Origin: a virus
Virus record (IMG/VR): IMGVR_UViG_3300037483_001170
Location: 42,781-106,780 of that record
Strand: one strand, 5' to 3'
DNA: 64,000 nt
A model generated the notes under the pieces. The model ran no database searches. It had not been told where the DNA came from and saw nothing but the letters and a program-made list of their open reading frames with translations. The position numbers and the translations under genes are program-made. Shown piece after piece: positions 17,704 to 27,074 of this stretch. Position 1 is the first letter of the stretch; the number at the start of each line of letters is the position of its first letter.

Positions 17704-17969
17704 GCCACTACCACTACAACGCGATCGCGGCGCTGGTCGGCGTCTATCCGGCGGAGGACCTTCGCGCGCTCGAAGTCTTCTTCGAGGAGCAAGAAGAGAC
17801 CGGCGACTACGACAACATGGACAACGTCCGCGTCGCGCGCAGCGCCGACGTCGTGCAATGCGGAGTGTACTGGGCTGCCGAAAACGACGGCTGCTGCGGC
17901 AGCTTCGACGACGTGTTCACGGCTCCATCGGGTGCCAAGTACCTCGTCGGCTTCAACTACGGACACTGA
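17700..17969 (+). CDS. hypothetical phage protein
   Basis: GCCGSFD..GFNYGH C-terminus. Confidence 0.6.
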   Translation: MSHYHYNAIAALVGVYPAEDLRALEVFFEEQEETGDYDNMDNVRVARSADVVQCGVYWAAENDGCCGSFDDVFTAPSGAKYLVGFNYGH

Positions 17970-18258
17970 CCATGCGCATTCATCACAAGCATCCGGACGT
18001 CCGATGGCTTCCGAACGGGCGCTGGATACTCAGCGTCCGTGAAGCCGGTCGCATCACACACTGGGGCGGCTACACGTCCGCGAGCGGCGAGCACCTGGCA
18101 GACGGCGTCTGCGCGTCCTGGCCCGTCGCGCACCGCAAGCAGGGCCGAGGTCTCGGCGCGCGCAAGCGCCGCATGCGCGAGGCTCGCGCACAGCGCGCGG
18201 CATGCACGCGCCAGCAACAGGGATGGCGCTAGCAGCGCAAGGCGTGCGGTCTGACACC

Positions 18259-18310
18259 GCTGTGCTTTGTTGCGCGCGCGCTTGACAGCGCGCTCGTGTG
18301 AACTCAGAAT
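18259..18310 (+). promoter_or_regulatory. sigma70-type promoter with upstream box (no hairpin)
   Basis: GCTGTGCTTTGTTGCG; TTGACA(18282)-N17-CAGAAT. Confidence 0.6.
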
Positions 18311-18336
18311 CCGGCAACTCGTTGATCCTTCTGCGA

Positions 18337-20142
18337 ATGGATGAGGCCACAGTGAAGAAGAAGGCAGCGCACGTTCGGCGCCCGGTGACCAAGGCGGCTT
18401 CGAAGAAGCTGCCCGCCATGATCTCCGGCAAGGGCTGGAAGATCGCCAACATCCACGCGCACGCAGAGTGCGTGCTGGTGATCACGAGCGAGGCGTTCTT
18501 CAACAAGATCAACTCGTGGGACAGCGACGTGCTCCCGTACCAGCAGCGCTGGCAGCTCAAGGAGTGCGGACAGGCCGCGATTTCGCTGAGCGCCGTCCTG
18601 GGAAGTCACCGCTACGCGGACCTGAAAGAGGCCGAGCCCGCGTTCGCGGTCGCCATCGGCCGCGTTGCCGGGCTGCGTCGCGCGGTGATCGACAAGCTGG
18701 TCGCGACTGACGCGCCGGTCCCGTTCGCACTCCTCGCCGAAACACTCGCGCGTTACAAGGGGCAACCGATTGTCCTGCACGTCCACGGCGCAGAGCTTGC
18801 CGTGACGATGGTCCATGCGACGGACGTCTACGAGTTCGGCAGCAGAAGCGTCGTCGTCGAGTACAATGTGCTGCATTGGATGCCGGGCTGCAATCAGCTC
18901 GCATGGGGCATCGGCCGTCGCAGCTTCCACGAATACACTGAGCCGCAGACGATCTCCCGACTGGGCATCGACACGTCGCTGTCGACCGCAACGCGAGAAC
19001 GGCTGATCGCACGCGGGCGACGTGCATGCGACCTCAACGCCACCACGGCGTACGTCCACCTGGACTCGACCATGCAGCAGAAGCTCTCCTGGGCGTGGCA
19101 CGACGTGGCAATGGCCCGTGGCCGCGTCGTCGTCGATCCGACGGGTCACGCGATGATCGATGCACACGACAGCATGAGCGACCTGGAGGGCCTGCCAGAA
19201 CGGGACCGCACGGACGCCATGCTCGACCACACGACGCTCACGGCCGCTCAGGCGCTGTGCGTGGAGCCCTGGCTGACGGTGTTCTCGTTCTCCGCGAAGA
19301 AGTGGGGTCGCACCTCGGTCGACAGGGTCTCGCTGATCAAGTTCCGGGACGATGCATTCGAGAAGCTCGTGCTGCCCGCGGCCGACAAGCGGCTGGTCAT
19401 GGCCCTCGTGCAGCACACGCAGGCTGCGGACGTGTCGGACATCATCGACGGCAAGGGCGGCGGATGCTCGCTGCTGTTTCACGGTGAGCCGGGCAGGGGC
19501 AAGACGCTCACCGCTGAGGCGGTCGCAGAAGACCTGCGCAGGCCGCTCTACGCCTTCGGCGTCGGCGAGCTGGGGACCGACCCGCAGGGCCTCGAACGGA
19601 AGCTGCACTCCGTGCTCCAGATCGCCGAACGCTGGAACGCGGTGCTGCTCCTCGATGAGGCCGACGTCTTCCTCGAAGCGCGTGCGGATGGCGACGTCGA
19701 TCGCAACGCGATGGTCACGACGTTCCTGCGCCTCATCGAGTACTACAACGGCGTACTGGTCTTGACGACGAACCGCGTTCGCAACATCGACAAGGCGTTC
19801 TACTCGCGCCTGAGCCTCGCCATCCAGTTCGAGGACTTCACGCTGGAGTCGCGGCAGCAGGTCATCCGGAACCTGCTGAGCGCGAACGGCGTGACGCTCA
19901 GCGACGACGAGATCTACGCGCTCGGCGAGATGGGCGTGAACGGGCGGCAGATCAAGAAGGCCATCATCGGCGCGCGCAGCCTCGCCCGGTCCGAAGGGCG
20001 TCCCGGCGTCATCAGTAACGCGGACGTCACCGAGCTGCTGAATCGGCTTCGCGACTTCGGGGCCGACAAGGACGGCGCAGAGCGCGGCGGGCCGAGCTGC
20101 AACTGGCGCGGGCACGTCACCGACGCGAACGGCGTCCAGTAG
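18337..20142 (+). CDS. AAA+ ATPase
   Basis: Walker A GEPGRGKT, Walker B LLLDEAD, FLRLIEYYNG, LTTNR, D.AF.SR Arg finger. Confidence 0.9.
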   Translation: MDEATVKKKAAHVRRPVTKAASKKLPAMISGKGWKIANIHAHAECVLVITSEAFFNKINSWDSDVLPYQQRWQLKECGQAAISLSAVLGSHRYADLKEAEPAFAVAIGRVAGLRRAVIDKLVATDAPVPFALLAETLARYKGQPIVLHVHGAELAVTMVHATDVYEFGSRSVVVEYNVLHWMPGCNQLAWGIGRRSFHEYTEPQTISRLGIDTSLSTATRERLIARGRRACDLNATTAYVHLDSTMQQKLSWAWHDVAMARGRVVVDPTGHAMIDAHDSMSDLEGLPERDRTDAMLDHTTLTAAQALCVEPWLTVFSFSAKKWGRTSVDRVSLIKFRDDAFEKLVLPAADKRLVMALVQHTQAADVSDIIDGKGGGCSLLFHGEPGRGKTLTAEAVAEDLRRPLYAFGVGELGTDPQGLERKLHSVLQIAERWNAVLLLDEADVFLEARADGDVDRNAMVTTFLRLIEYYNGVLVLTTNRVRNIDKAFYSRLSLAIQFEDFTLESRQQVIRNLLSANGVTLSDDEIYALGEMGVNGRQIKKAIIGARSLARSEGRPGVISNADVTELLNRLRDFGADKDGAERGGPSCNWRGHVTDANGVQ

Positions 20143-20144
20143 TC

Positions 20145-20423
20145 ATGGGCGCTACGCCGCTCCACTGGAAGTGCGGTAAGTGCAAACGCCGCACGATCAA
20201 CACCACGGGTCCAAACGGGCCTGACTTCTACCACGCGTCAGGGCGACCCGTGCCGACCGGGCGCGTATGGCACCCAGAGGCCTACCGGCCAGTCATCGAG
20301 TACCGCTGCGAGGAGTGCGGGCACGTCGGGCGCACACGGCATCCGCACGCCGTCTCCCGGGCGCGCGGCGCAGGGTTCTGCCCCGCGTACAGCCCGCGCA
20401 GCGGGAAGGCCAAAACGTCATGA
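20145..20423 (+). CDS. small Zn-finger protein
   Basis: CGKC..CEECG. Confidence 0.55.
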   Translation: MGATPLHWKCGKCKRRTINTTGPNGPDFYHASGRPVPTGRVWHPEAYRPVIEYRCEECGHVGRTRHPHAVSRARGAGFCPAYSPRSGKAKTS

Positions 20424-20601
20424 GCAAGCTCGACACGCGCGCACTGAGACTTCGTGCGGTTGCGCGCGATCTTGTCAGCGCCGCAGGCCGCGGCCAATCG
20501 GTGGGCGCGTCCCTCCGTAGGCTCACCCCAGGCGAGATCCTTGCCTACCGCCGCGCCGCTCGCGTACTACACGCCGAAGCGCGTCGAGTTATGCGAGACC
20601 T

Positions 20602-21294
20602 ATGACTACTCACGTCATCAAGAGTCCGGTGAAGACCCGCGTCTCGATGCCCGGCTACGCCAAGCTCGTGGGCATCCCGCTCGACAGGTGGGAGGGCAAC
20701 TGCTTCGCGGTCGCCAGCAAGCTCGCGCCGCACTTCGGCGGCACCGCAGTGTACGGCCACTGGCTCGGCGAGATCAGCCCAGACGCGAAGTTCTGGGCTA
20801 GCAAACGTGGAACGGGCTTCGCGCAGCACGGATGGATCGTGCTCCCGGACAAGCACGGCAAGTACTCGCTCGACGGAGAGATCGTCGACCCCACGCGCTG
20901 GTCGTTCGAGGCCAAGAAGCCGTATCTCTGGAAGGGCAAGAACGACGGCGCGTACGACGAAGGTGGAAACGGGTTTCGCATGGCGATGCGCGGCTCTAGG
21001 CCGCCGGACGTCGATGATGGCCGTGAGCCCGTCACGATCGAGCTGGGCTGCGAAGAGCTATACGAGAAGGTCCGCCACATCTGTCGCATGGGACCGCTCA
21101 CGGAGTTCTCCGATGAGTACCCGTTCCTCTACCACGCAGACGTCGCGTGGCTTGCGAACACGTCGCCAGAGAAGATCGGATGGTTCGTGGTCGCCGAAGT
21201 CTATGAGGCCATCGCGAAAGCCGGATGCCGTGGGTACATACCGATCGACAACTGGAAGATGGTCGACCGGCTCTGCGGTCTGAAGGATATCTGA
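20602..21294 (+). CDS. hypothetical protein (possible Cys-His-Asp catalytic-like motif)
   Basis: GNC..HGW..VDPT pattern; ATGA coupling. Confidence 0.6.
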   Translation: MTTHVIKSPVKTRVSMPGYAKLVGIPLDRWEGNCFAVASKLAPHFGGTAVYGHWLGEISPDAKFWASKRGTGFAQHGWIVLPDKHGKYSLDGEIVDPTRWSFEAKKPYLWKGKNDGAYDEGGNGFRMAMRGSRPPDVDDGREPVTIELGCEELYEKVRHICRMGPLTEFSDEYPFLYHADVAWLANTSPEKIGWFVVAEVYEAIAKAGCRGYIPIDNWKMVDRLCGLKDI

Positions 21295-21542
21295 TGCTGT
21301 CAGCTTCCGATACCGTGACCCGCGTCGCCGAAATCGACGAGACCGTCGCTCAGATTGACGATCACCTCGTCGCCGCCGAGCGCAGGCTCTACGAGATGAG
21401 GAGCTGCATCGAGACGATGGAGGTGCTCCTCGCACAGTCGCGCCACAAGATGGCCGAGGCAGAACAGAGACGAGAAGACATTCACGCGCAACGGCTCAAG
21501 CTCGTAGAGCTGCGCCGACGCACCATCGGAGGAAGCTCATGA
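21294..21542 (+). CDS. coiled-coil hypothetical protein
   Basis: TGATG coupling. Confidence 0.5.
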   Translation: MLSASDTVTRVAEIDETVAQIDDHLVAAERRLYEMRSCIETMEVLLAQSRHKMAEAEQRREDIHAQRLKLVELRRRTIGGSS

Positions 21543-21898
21543 CGAACACGCCGCAGTGGATGCTCGACGAGAAACTCTTGCCGGCCCACCTCTGGGAGAA
21601 GCGCGCGCGCGAGCAGACCGCGCGTGCCGAGGCTGCCGAAAATCGCGCTGCCAAGGCAGAAACCGCCCTCGGCGACGCCGAGTGGGCGGCGCCCAAGGCG
21701 GTCGGCAAGACGCCAGAAGACGCCATCAAGGCACTCTCGAAGGCCAAGGGCTGGGGCCAGGTCAAGATGGGCGAGCCGCTAGAGAATGGTCCAGACGCCA
21801 AGTACTCATGGGGCTTTCGTTTCCACGCTGGCGGCACGAGCTTCAAGGCCGCCGGCCATGAACTGCCTGGCGGTGTAACCCTCACATGGTGGAAGTGA
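21539..21898 (+). CDS. hypothetical protein
   Basis: GGAGG SD. Confidence 0.6.
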   Translation: MTNTPQWMLDEKLLPAHLWEKRAREQTARAEAAENRAAKAETALGDAEWAAPKAVGKTPEDAIKALSKAKGWGQVKMGEPLENGPDAKYSWGFRFHAGGTSFKAAGHELPGGVTLTWWK

Positions 21899-22599
21899 TG
21901 AAGAACGACGAGAAGACCACGATCGAATGGGACGGCGTATCCATCCCGCCTGCACGCTGGGGCCAAGATCACTGGTCGACGCTACTGTACATCGAGACGC
22001 TCATCGTCGATGGCAGAGGTGACGGGTACGCGCGGCCCGCCGTCGCGCGCATGCGACAGGACTCCAATCGCCCACGGCGCGGCCACGGGAAGGACGACCC
22101 AGGGCTCGACAGCTCGAAAGAGCGGTATCCGACCATACTGCTCGGTGGCCACGAGGTACTCGGGCACGACGACTTCGACTGTCTCGATGACATGGAGGTC
22201 GAGGGCGTCCTCATCGTCGATGGCACCGGCGCGCAGCCGCTCATCAGGCTCACCGACTACGGATACACCCTGGTCGCGGCCCTGCGCAGGCACCGTGGAC
22301 AGACCGGCGGAAGCGCGGGCTTCGCTCCGACATCTCGGCCACCCGAAGCACCCGTGCCCGCCAAGCGGCGGCCTCCCGCCGTCGGCGACGTGCTCGACGT
22401 CGACCATACCCGCAAGGGCTCGCTCGTACTGCGCGTCACGAAGCTCGACAAGACGTGGATGACCGGAACGATCGTCGAAGGCGTCGCCCGAGCCATGAAC
22501 CCGGACAACGTCCGCGAGGCCGGCGAAGAGGTCACGCTTCGGCGCTCGATGATCACGCGGCAGAAGCGCGTACTCGACAAGCCGGCGAGCGCCCCGTAG
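21898..22599 (+). CDS. hypothetical phage protein
   Basis: WGQDHWSTLLYIE..HDDFDCLDD motifs. Confidence 0.65.
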   Translation: MKNDEKTTIEWDGVSIPPARWGQDHWSTLLYIETLIVDGRGDGYARPAVARMRQDSNRPRRGHGKDDPGLDSSKERYPTILLGGHEVLGHDDFDCLDDMEVEGVLIVDGTGAQPLIRLTDYGYTLVAALRRHRGQTGGSAGFAPTSRPPEAPVPAKRRPPAVGDVLDVDHTRKGSLVLRVTKLDKTWMTGTIVEGVARAMNPDNVREAGEEVTLRRSMITRQKRVLDKPASAP

Positions 22600-22620
22600 T
22601 ATGTCGCAAGCGAGGACACG

Positions 22621-22992
22621 ATGACCGAACGCAGACTGCGCAGTCGCGCGCACATTCACGTCAACAAGTACATCAGCCTCAGCCTACCGCTCGACGAGAT
22701 CTTCGACGCGGCGCGCGAGATCGGCCGACGAGCCCTTGCCGCGGTCGCGCATCCCGGTCGAAGTCGCGACCGGCTGACGAAGGCGCGCGTGGACGATGAG
22801 ATCGTCGAGCACGCAGCAGCTTCCGAGAGGAAGCGGAAGTTCGCCGACGCAGAGAAGGCGCTCGTCGGCCTCGGGTTCAAGAAGGCCGAAGCGCGCGCTG
22901 CACTCGACAGCATGGGTCCGCTCTCTGATGAACAGCCGCACACCATCATGGCGGCGGCGCTCAGAGCGTCGAAGGCGCCGGTGCCGACATGA
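22621..22992 (+). CDS. protein with RuvA C-terminal-like domain
   Basis: DAEKALVGLGFKKAEARAAL..IMAAALR. Confidence 0.6.
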   Translation: MTERRLRSRAHIHVNKYISLSLPLDEIFDAAREIGRRALAAVAHPGRSRDRLTKARVDDEIVEHAAASERKRKFADAEKALVGLGFKKAEARAALDSMGPLSDEQPHTIMAAALRASKAPVPT

Positions 22993-23246
22993 TCACGCCA
23001 GACACGTCCGATCCGGATCACTTCCACCAGGTCTGCAAAGATGCTGCGGACCAGTTCGGCGTCGAGCTTGGCAACTCCAGCTTCTCGGCTCGGGTTCAGG
23101 AGATCGAGATCGTGGTGATGACCGACGAGAAGTTCCTCTCGGAGCGGGGTGTCGCACGCGTCGGAGGCGAGCAGAAGGCGCTGCACCGGTTCCGTGATGC
23201 CGTGCGCTTCTGGTGGCCCAAGTGCGCGATCACGGTGACCGCGTGA
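22989..23246 (+). CDS. hypothetical protein
   Basis: ATGA coupling. Confidence 0.5.
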   Translation: MITPDTSDPDHFHQVCKDAADQFGVELGNSSFSARVQEIEIVVMTDEKFLSERGVARVGGEQKALHRFRDAVRFWWPKCAITVTA

Positions 23247-23417
23247 GCACGTTCCTGTCCGACTCGCAGCGTGAGCATCTGAAGCGCTTCCTGCGCTTTC
23301 AACGGTGGCGCGCTCGTACGGTTGAGCCGCGCGACGTCAAGCACCTCATCTACCTCGATCCAGACTTCGTCATCGCCAAGTACGTCGCATGGCTGGAGGC
23401 CGGCGAGCCGGACGGGC

Positions 23418-23831
23418 TCAGCGCTTCGGAGGGATCGCGCGAGAGTTCCACGGATGGCTGGCGTCCGGACGGCGAGAGCTAGGACGCTTCTGGGTTGCTG
23501 CCGGCACGATCTCCACGTCCTCCGTGGGGCGCTGGCGTAGAGCTTCGTAGCGAGCTTGAAGGCTCGCAAGCTGGCTTTTGGCGCCGTCAAGATCCCGTCG
23601 CACGCCGATGGCAGCACGAGCCAGGGACAAGATCGCGTCATCGCTGACGGTCGACAGAAGCTGCTCGACGGCGAAGTCCAGTTCTGCGCGGAGACGCGTC
23701 AAGCGCTTCTTCACGGCAGCGCTTTGCTCGAAGATCTGCTCCTCTTCACTCGTCCGACGTCGACGCGCTGCGACCATTGGGCGACGGTAGTGGTCTAGTG
23801 CAAGCAGGTCAAGAACGGCGTACGGGGACAC
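23418..23831 (-). CDS. coiled-coil hypothetical protein
   Basis: 137-aa ORF at the strand convergence. Confidence 0.45.
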   Translation of the reverse strand: MSPYAVLDLLALDHYRRPMVAARRRRTSEEEQIFEQSAAVKKRLTRLRAELDFAVEQLLSTVSDDAILSLARAAIGVRRDLDGAKSQLASLQARYEALRQRPTEDVEIVPAATQKRPSSRRPDASHPWNSRAIPPKR

Positions 23832-23840
23832 GCCGGGCAG

Positions 23841-24539
23841 CTAGTTCGCGCCTGAATCAGGTCCAGGGCTCGCCTGCGTTGTCCAGTACCCGGGCATCCC
23901 GAACGGCGACCACTTCGACTGCGGCACCGTGAGAAACGAGAAGACCTGATCGCCGGTGACCGGTCGACCGTCCGCCGTCTTCACCGACAGCGTCCAGCCA
24001 GTCATGGGCCCGTTCGAGTGCGTGAGCACGAGATTCAGGCCGGCGACCGAGAGCGATGCGCCGCTTGTGGCCTGCATGGTTTCCAAGAATGCTGGCGGAA
24101 ACCCGGTGAGCGAGCCGCGAAGCTCTGGCGCGAACATCGCCGCTGCCTCTGGCTGCACGCTCGCCGGAGCTGACGAGCGTCTTGAGCGTTCGGCGGCGCC
24201 GGCATCAGCATGGCGGTCACCGTTCCAGCACCACTCTGGCCAGTAGAACATCGCCTGTCCGGTCGGAGTCTCGTTGGCAGTCGGGAAGCCGTGGGCCTCC
24301 GTGAGACCGGCGGTCGCCATGCGCGCACCAACGGCCGTTGCCCGCTCGCCGGCTGCGAGCTGTGGATCGAAGCCTACGCAGCCCAAGAACTCGACTGGAA
24401 AATAGCCAGCGCGTCGCACAATGGCCTTCAGGCCCTCTGACGTCGGCGCCTTGCGCTCAGCAGCGTCTGCCGCGAGGTGGCACTTCTTGTACTTCCTGCC
24501 GGACCCGCAGTGGCACTCGTCGTTTCTGCCTAGGCTCAT
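23841..24539 (-). CDS. SEC-C motif-containing protein
   Basis: N-terminal LGRNDECHCGSGRKYKKCH. Confidence 0.8.
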   Translation of the reverse strand: MSLGRNDECHCGSGRKYKKCHLAADAAERKAPTSEGLKAIVRRAGYFPVEFLGCVGFDPQLAAGERATAVGARMATAGLTEAHGFPTANETPTGQAMFYWPEWCWNGDRHADAGAAERSRRSSAPASVQPEAAAMFAPELRGSLTGFPPAFLETMQATSGASLSVAGLNLVLTHSNGPMTGWTLSVKTADGRPVTGDQVFSFLTVPQSKWSPFGMPGYWTTQASPGPDSGAN

Positions 24540-25030
24540 CACCGCACCGTTGCTGCGATCCAGACCACGCCGACCACCGCCGCTCCGATCACTGCCCAAA
24601 GCAGCGGAGCGTCGTACCACTGCCGTTCAGCTGCGCGACGCGCTTGCTCCTGCGTCGCCTGAACCTGCGTCACGAGTTCCGTCTGCCGCGCGGTCCAGAG
24701 GTCGTCGCGCAGCGTCAGGCGCTCCTCAGCGGCGAGAACGTGTGCGTGCTCGATCTGCACCCGCACGTCGCACCGCTCGGAATCGCGCTCGGCCGTGCGC
24801 GTCAGCAGGTAGCGCATGCGTTCGTACTCGTTGCGAATCTGAAGCAGATCAGCCGCTTCGATCAGAAGCCCATCGTGCGGCGCGGCCGCCCCGCGGCGAA
24901 GCGGCAGCACCTCTCCTGTCTCCGGCAGCTGGAACTGCTCGGGGGTGCCGGGGGCGATCGCGTCCTGTCCGGAAGCCACGGCGGGCACTAGGGCCATCGC
25001 GGCAAACGCGAGCGCGTGGAAGTACTTCAT
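24539..25030 (-). CDS. secreted coiled-coil protein with C-terminal TM (spanin-like candidate)
   Basis: Signal peptide MKYFHALAFAAMALVPAVASG; APHDGLL; coiled coil; terminal TM. Confidence 0.6.
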   Translation of the reverse strand: MKYFHALAFAAMALVPAVASGQDAIAPGTPEQFQLPETGEVLPLRRGAAAPHDGLLIEAADLLQIRNEYERMRYLLTRTAERDSERCDVRVQIEHAHVLAAEERLTLRDDLWTARQTELVTQVQATQEQARRAAERQWYDAPLLWAVIGAAVVGVVWIAATVR

Positions 25031-25425
25031 CGAACACCCGCTGCGACTTTCCAGGCGGACGGCTGATCTCGCCACGCGATTCGCTGTACTGCATCGCATT
25101 TGCCACAGCGGTAGATGTGTTCGTGCGATTCGTGCTTCAACGTCTCGTCCCACACATGACGCCGACCAACCGTGGGCCCGTCGAAGCACTCATCTGGGTT
25201 CGCGAACTGCGTCATCATCGTCGAGATGACGATGTCCTTCGCGGGCCCTCTGTACGGCTGCTCGCCTGCCGTTAGTACGGCACGAGCCGTGCGGCTGAAC
25301 CAGCCCTCACGCTCGTTCGTGTCGAAGATGTTCCAGCCGAGCGCGGTACGGCCGATCAGACGGCCAGCCCTGGACGGTAATTCGCGCTCCCAGGCGCGGC
25401 GCATCCCTTCCTCATTCGTCGTCAT
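25027..25425 (-). CDS. hypothetical protein
   Basis: Coupled ORF; CGKC. Confidence 0.5.
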   Translation of the reverse strand: MTTNEEGMRRAWERELPSRAGRLIGRTALGWNIFDTNEREGWFSRTARAVLTAGEQPYRGPAKDIVISTMMTQFANPDECFDGPTVGRRHVWDETLKHESHEHIYRCGKCDAVQRIAWRDQPSAWKVAAGVR

Positions 25426-25981
25426 CCGCAATGCCCCTGCTCCGCTTCCAGTCCGCGATGTCCATAACCTGTTTCAGATCGCGCGCCGCCACGAGACCGA
25501 GGTATCTCTTGGCCACTTCCAGCGTCTTCTTGCGATCAATATCCCAGCCAAGAATCGTCGCCACGTCGCTGTCGTCCTTGGGCCTCCCGGCCCAGATCTT
25601 CAAGACCAAAATGTACTCCGGCGGCACTACGCGCAGCGCGAAGCCTGAGACCTTGATCGCGGCAAGTCGCGCCTCCTCGTACAGGTCGGCCACCTCATCA
25701 TCGCGCGCGATGAAGTCGGTGGGTACGCCGCCCACGACGGCACGGATGCCGCCGAAGGAAAGGCGCTTAAGCGCCTTAACGTCATCCGGAACCTCAGCAA
25801 CCAGCACGTCCAGATCGCCGGTCAAACGGCGCGAACCGAATGCCTGGAGAGCGTAGCCGCCTACCAGGACTGCCTTCGAGTCGATCTTTGCGACCGCCTT
25901 GCAGGCGCGATGAAGCACTTCTGGCGATAGGAACTTCGCCTTCGGCTTGCTACCTCGCTTGCTACCGCGACGCTCCGTCAT
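25412..25981 (-). CDS. Pol-beta-superfamily minimal nucleotidyltransferase (AbiEii/DUF6036-like)
   Basis: LVGGYAL..RLTGDLD..LVLK..GRPKD..D. Confidence 0.8.
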   Translation of the reverse strand: MTERRGSKRGSKPKAKFLSPEVLHRACKAVAKIDSKAVLVGGYALQAFGSRRLTGDLDVLVAEVPDDVKALKRLSFGGIRAVVGGVPTDFIARDDEVADLYEEARLAAIKVSGFALRVVPPEYILVLKIWAGRPKDDSDVATILGWDIDRKKTLEVAKRYLGLVAARDLKQVMDIADWKRSRGIADDDE

Positions 25982-26000
25982 GATGCGCGCTGTAGCACGA

Positions 26001-26360
26001 TCACGTGCCGCCGTCTCTTCGCCGCGTCCGCGACCAGCTGCTGAGTAGCTCCGCGGCGGCCTCAAGATCGTCGCCGCCGCGAAGGGCTTCGTACTCAGCA
26101 TGCTGTCTGGCGTCGAACGCCGCAAGATCATCCGCGAACTTCTCCTCGATCGCTTCCATGCGTGCCTCGCCGGCCTGCACGGCGGCATCAAGACGCTCTG
26201 CGATCACAGCCTCGCCAGGACCAGCGTCGATGCCGGTCGTGATCGGCTCTCCGCCACCATCGTGCATGGGGCCGCAGCCACGGCCGGCGACGAACACGAC
26301 AAGCAGCAGAAGAACGGCCGCTACGGCGACAAGAATCAGCTGCGTGCGTGTGAGCGTCAC
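26001..26360 (-). CDS. N-terminally anchored or lipoprotein-like coiled-coil protein (spanin candidate)
   Basis: LILVAVAAVLLLLVVFVAGRGC then a helical domain. Confidence 0.55.
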   Translation of the reverse strand: MTLTRTQLILVAVAAVLLLLVVFVAGRGCGPMHDGGGEPITTGIDAGPGEAVIAERLDAAVQAGEARMEAIEEKFADDLAAFDARQHAEYEALRGGDDLEAAAELLSSWSRTRRRDGGT

Positions 26361-26428
26361 GTGAACACGTCCGACAGGAACGAGACCATCCAGACGAGAA
26401 GGAGATGGAAGAACCACAGGATGCTCAT
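26357..26428 (-). CDS. 23-aa hydrophobic peptide
   Basis: MSILWFFHLLLVWMVSFLSDVFT; coupled at both ends (ATGA, GTGA). Confidence 0.4.
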   Translation of the reverse strand: MSILWFFHLLLVWMVSFLSDVFT

Positions 26429-27015
26429 GGCGCGTTCTCCATCTTTCGCTTCACTTCGGCCTCCATGGCCTCGCGTTCCGCGTCGGCGTCGACGAGCGTT
26501 TCGGTCGACGAACTTGGATCCGAGGCAGGCTTGGGCGTGGCCGGAACTGCCGGAGGTGTCAAGGCGGGCGGTGGCTGGCTCTGCGACGGCAGTCCGAGCT
26601 TCGAGCGCACCCATGGAACAATGAGCGCGGCAACGCGCGGCACCTGCGCGGTGATCGACTCGACAAGCAGTCCCACTTGGCCGTTCAGCATCCCAGCAAA
26701 TCCACCGAACCATAGGACAGCGCTCGGCTGGCTACTGATGAACTCCGGACGTGGCAGGCCTGGGATGAACGCGACGGCGACGCCGACAAGCGCAGGATGC
26801 GCCGCACGTGTGATTGCCCAAGCGCGAAACAGGACCGGCCACTTCGGATCGCTTTCTTCGGTCTTTCCACGCAGGAAGCCCTTCGCCGACGGTACAAACG
26901 CCAGCGCGATTCGATTCGCGGTAACGCCGCCGCCATAGATGCCCAGCGCGATGACGAACGTCGGCCAGAGCTGCTCGAAGAACCACCAAAAATCCTTGGT
27001 CGCCTCGGTGTCCAT
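26425..27015 (-). CDS. multi-TM membrane protein (holin candidate)
   Basis: About 3 hydrophobic segments and a Pro-rich/charged tail; TACCCT 6 nt before the ATG. Confidence 0.55.
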   Translation of the reverse strand: MDTEATKDFWWFFEQLWPTFVIALGIYGGGVTANRIALAFVPSAKGFLRGKTEESDPKWPVLFRAWAITRAAHPALVGVAVAFIPGLPRPEFISSQPSAVLWFGGFAGMLNGQVGLLVESITAQVPRVAALIVPWVRSKLGLPSQSQPPPALTPPAVPATPKPASDPSSSTETLVDADAEREAMEAEVKRKMENAP

Positions 27016-27074
27016 GCCGACAGGGTACACCGGACGCGCTACGGTAGCCAAGGTCGTGGCAAAGCGCTGCGAGC

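Noticed and set aside
18304-20115. 603-aa antisense ORF opposite the AAA+ ATPase
   Set aside because: Shadow frame expected from high-GC codon bias; no motifs. The same applies to many Arg/Ala/Pro-rich ORFs in the track.
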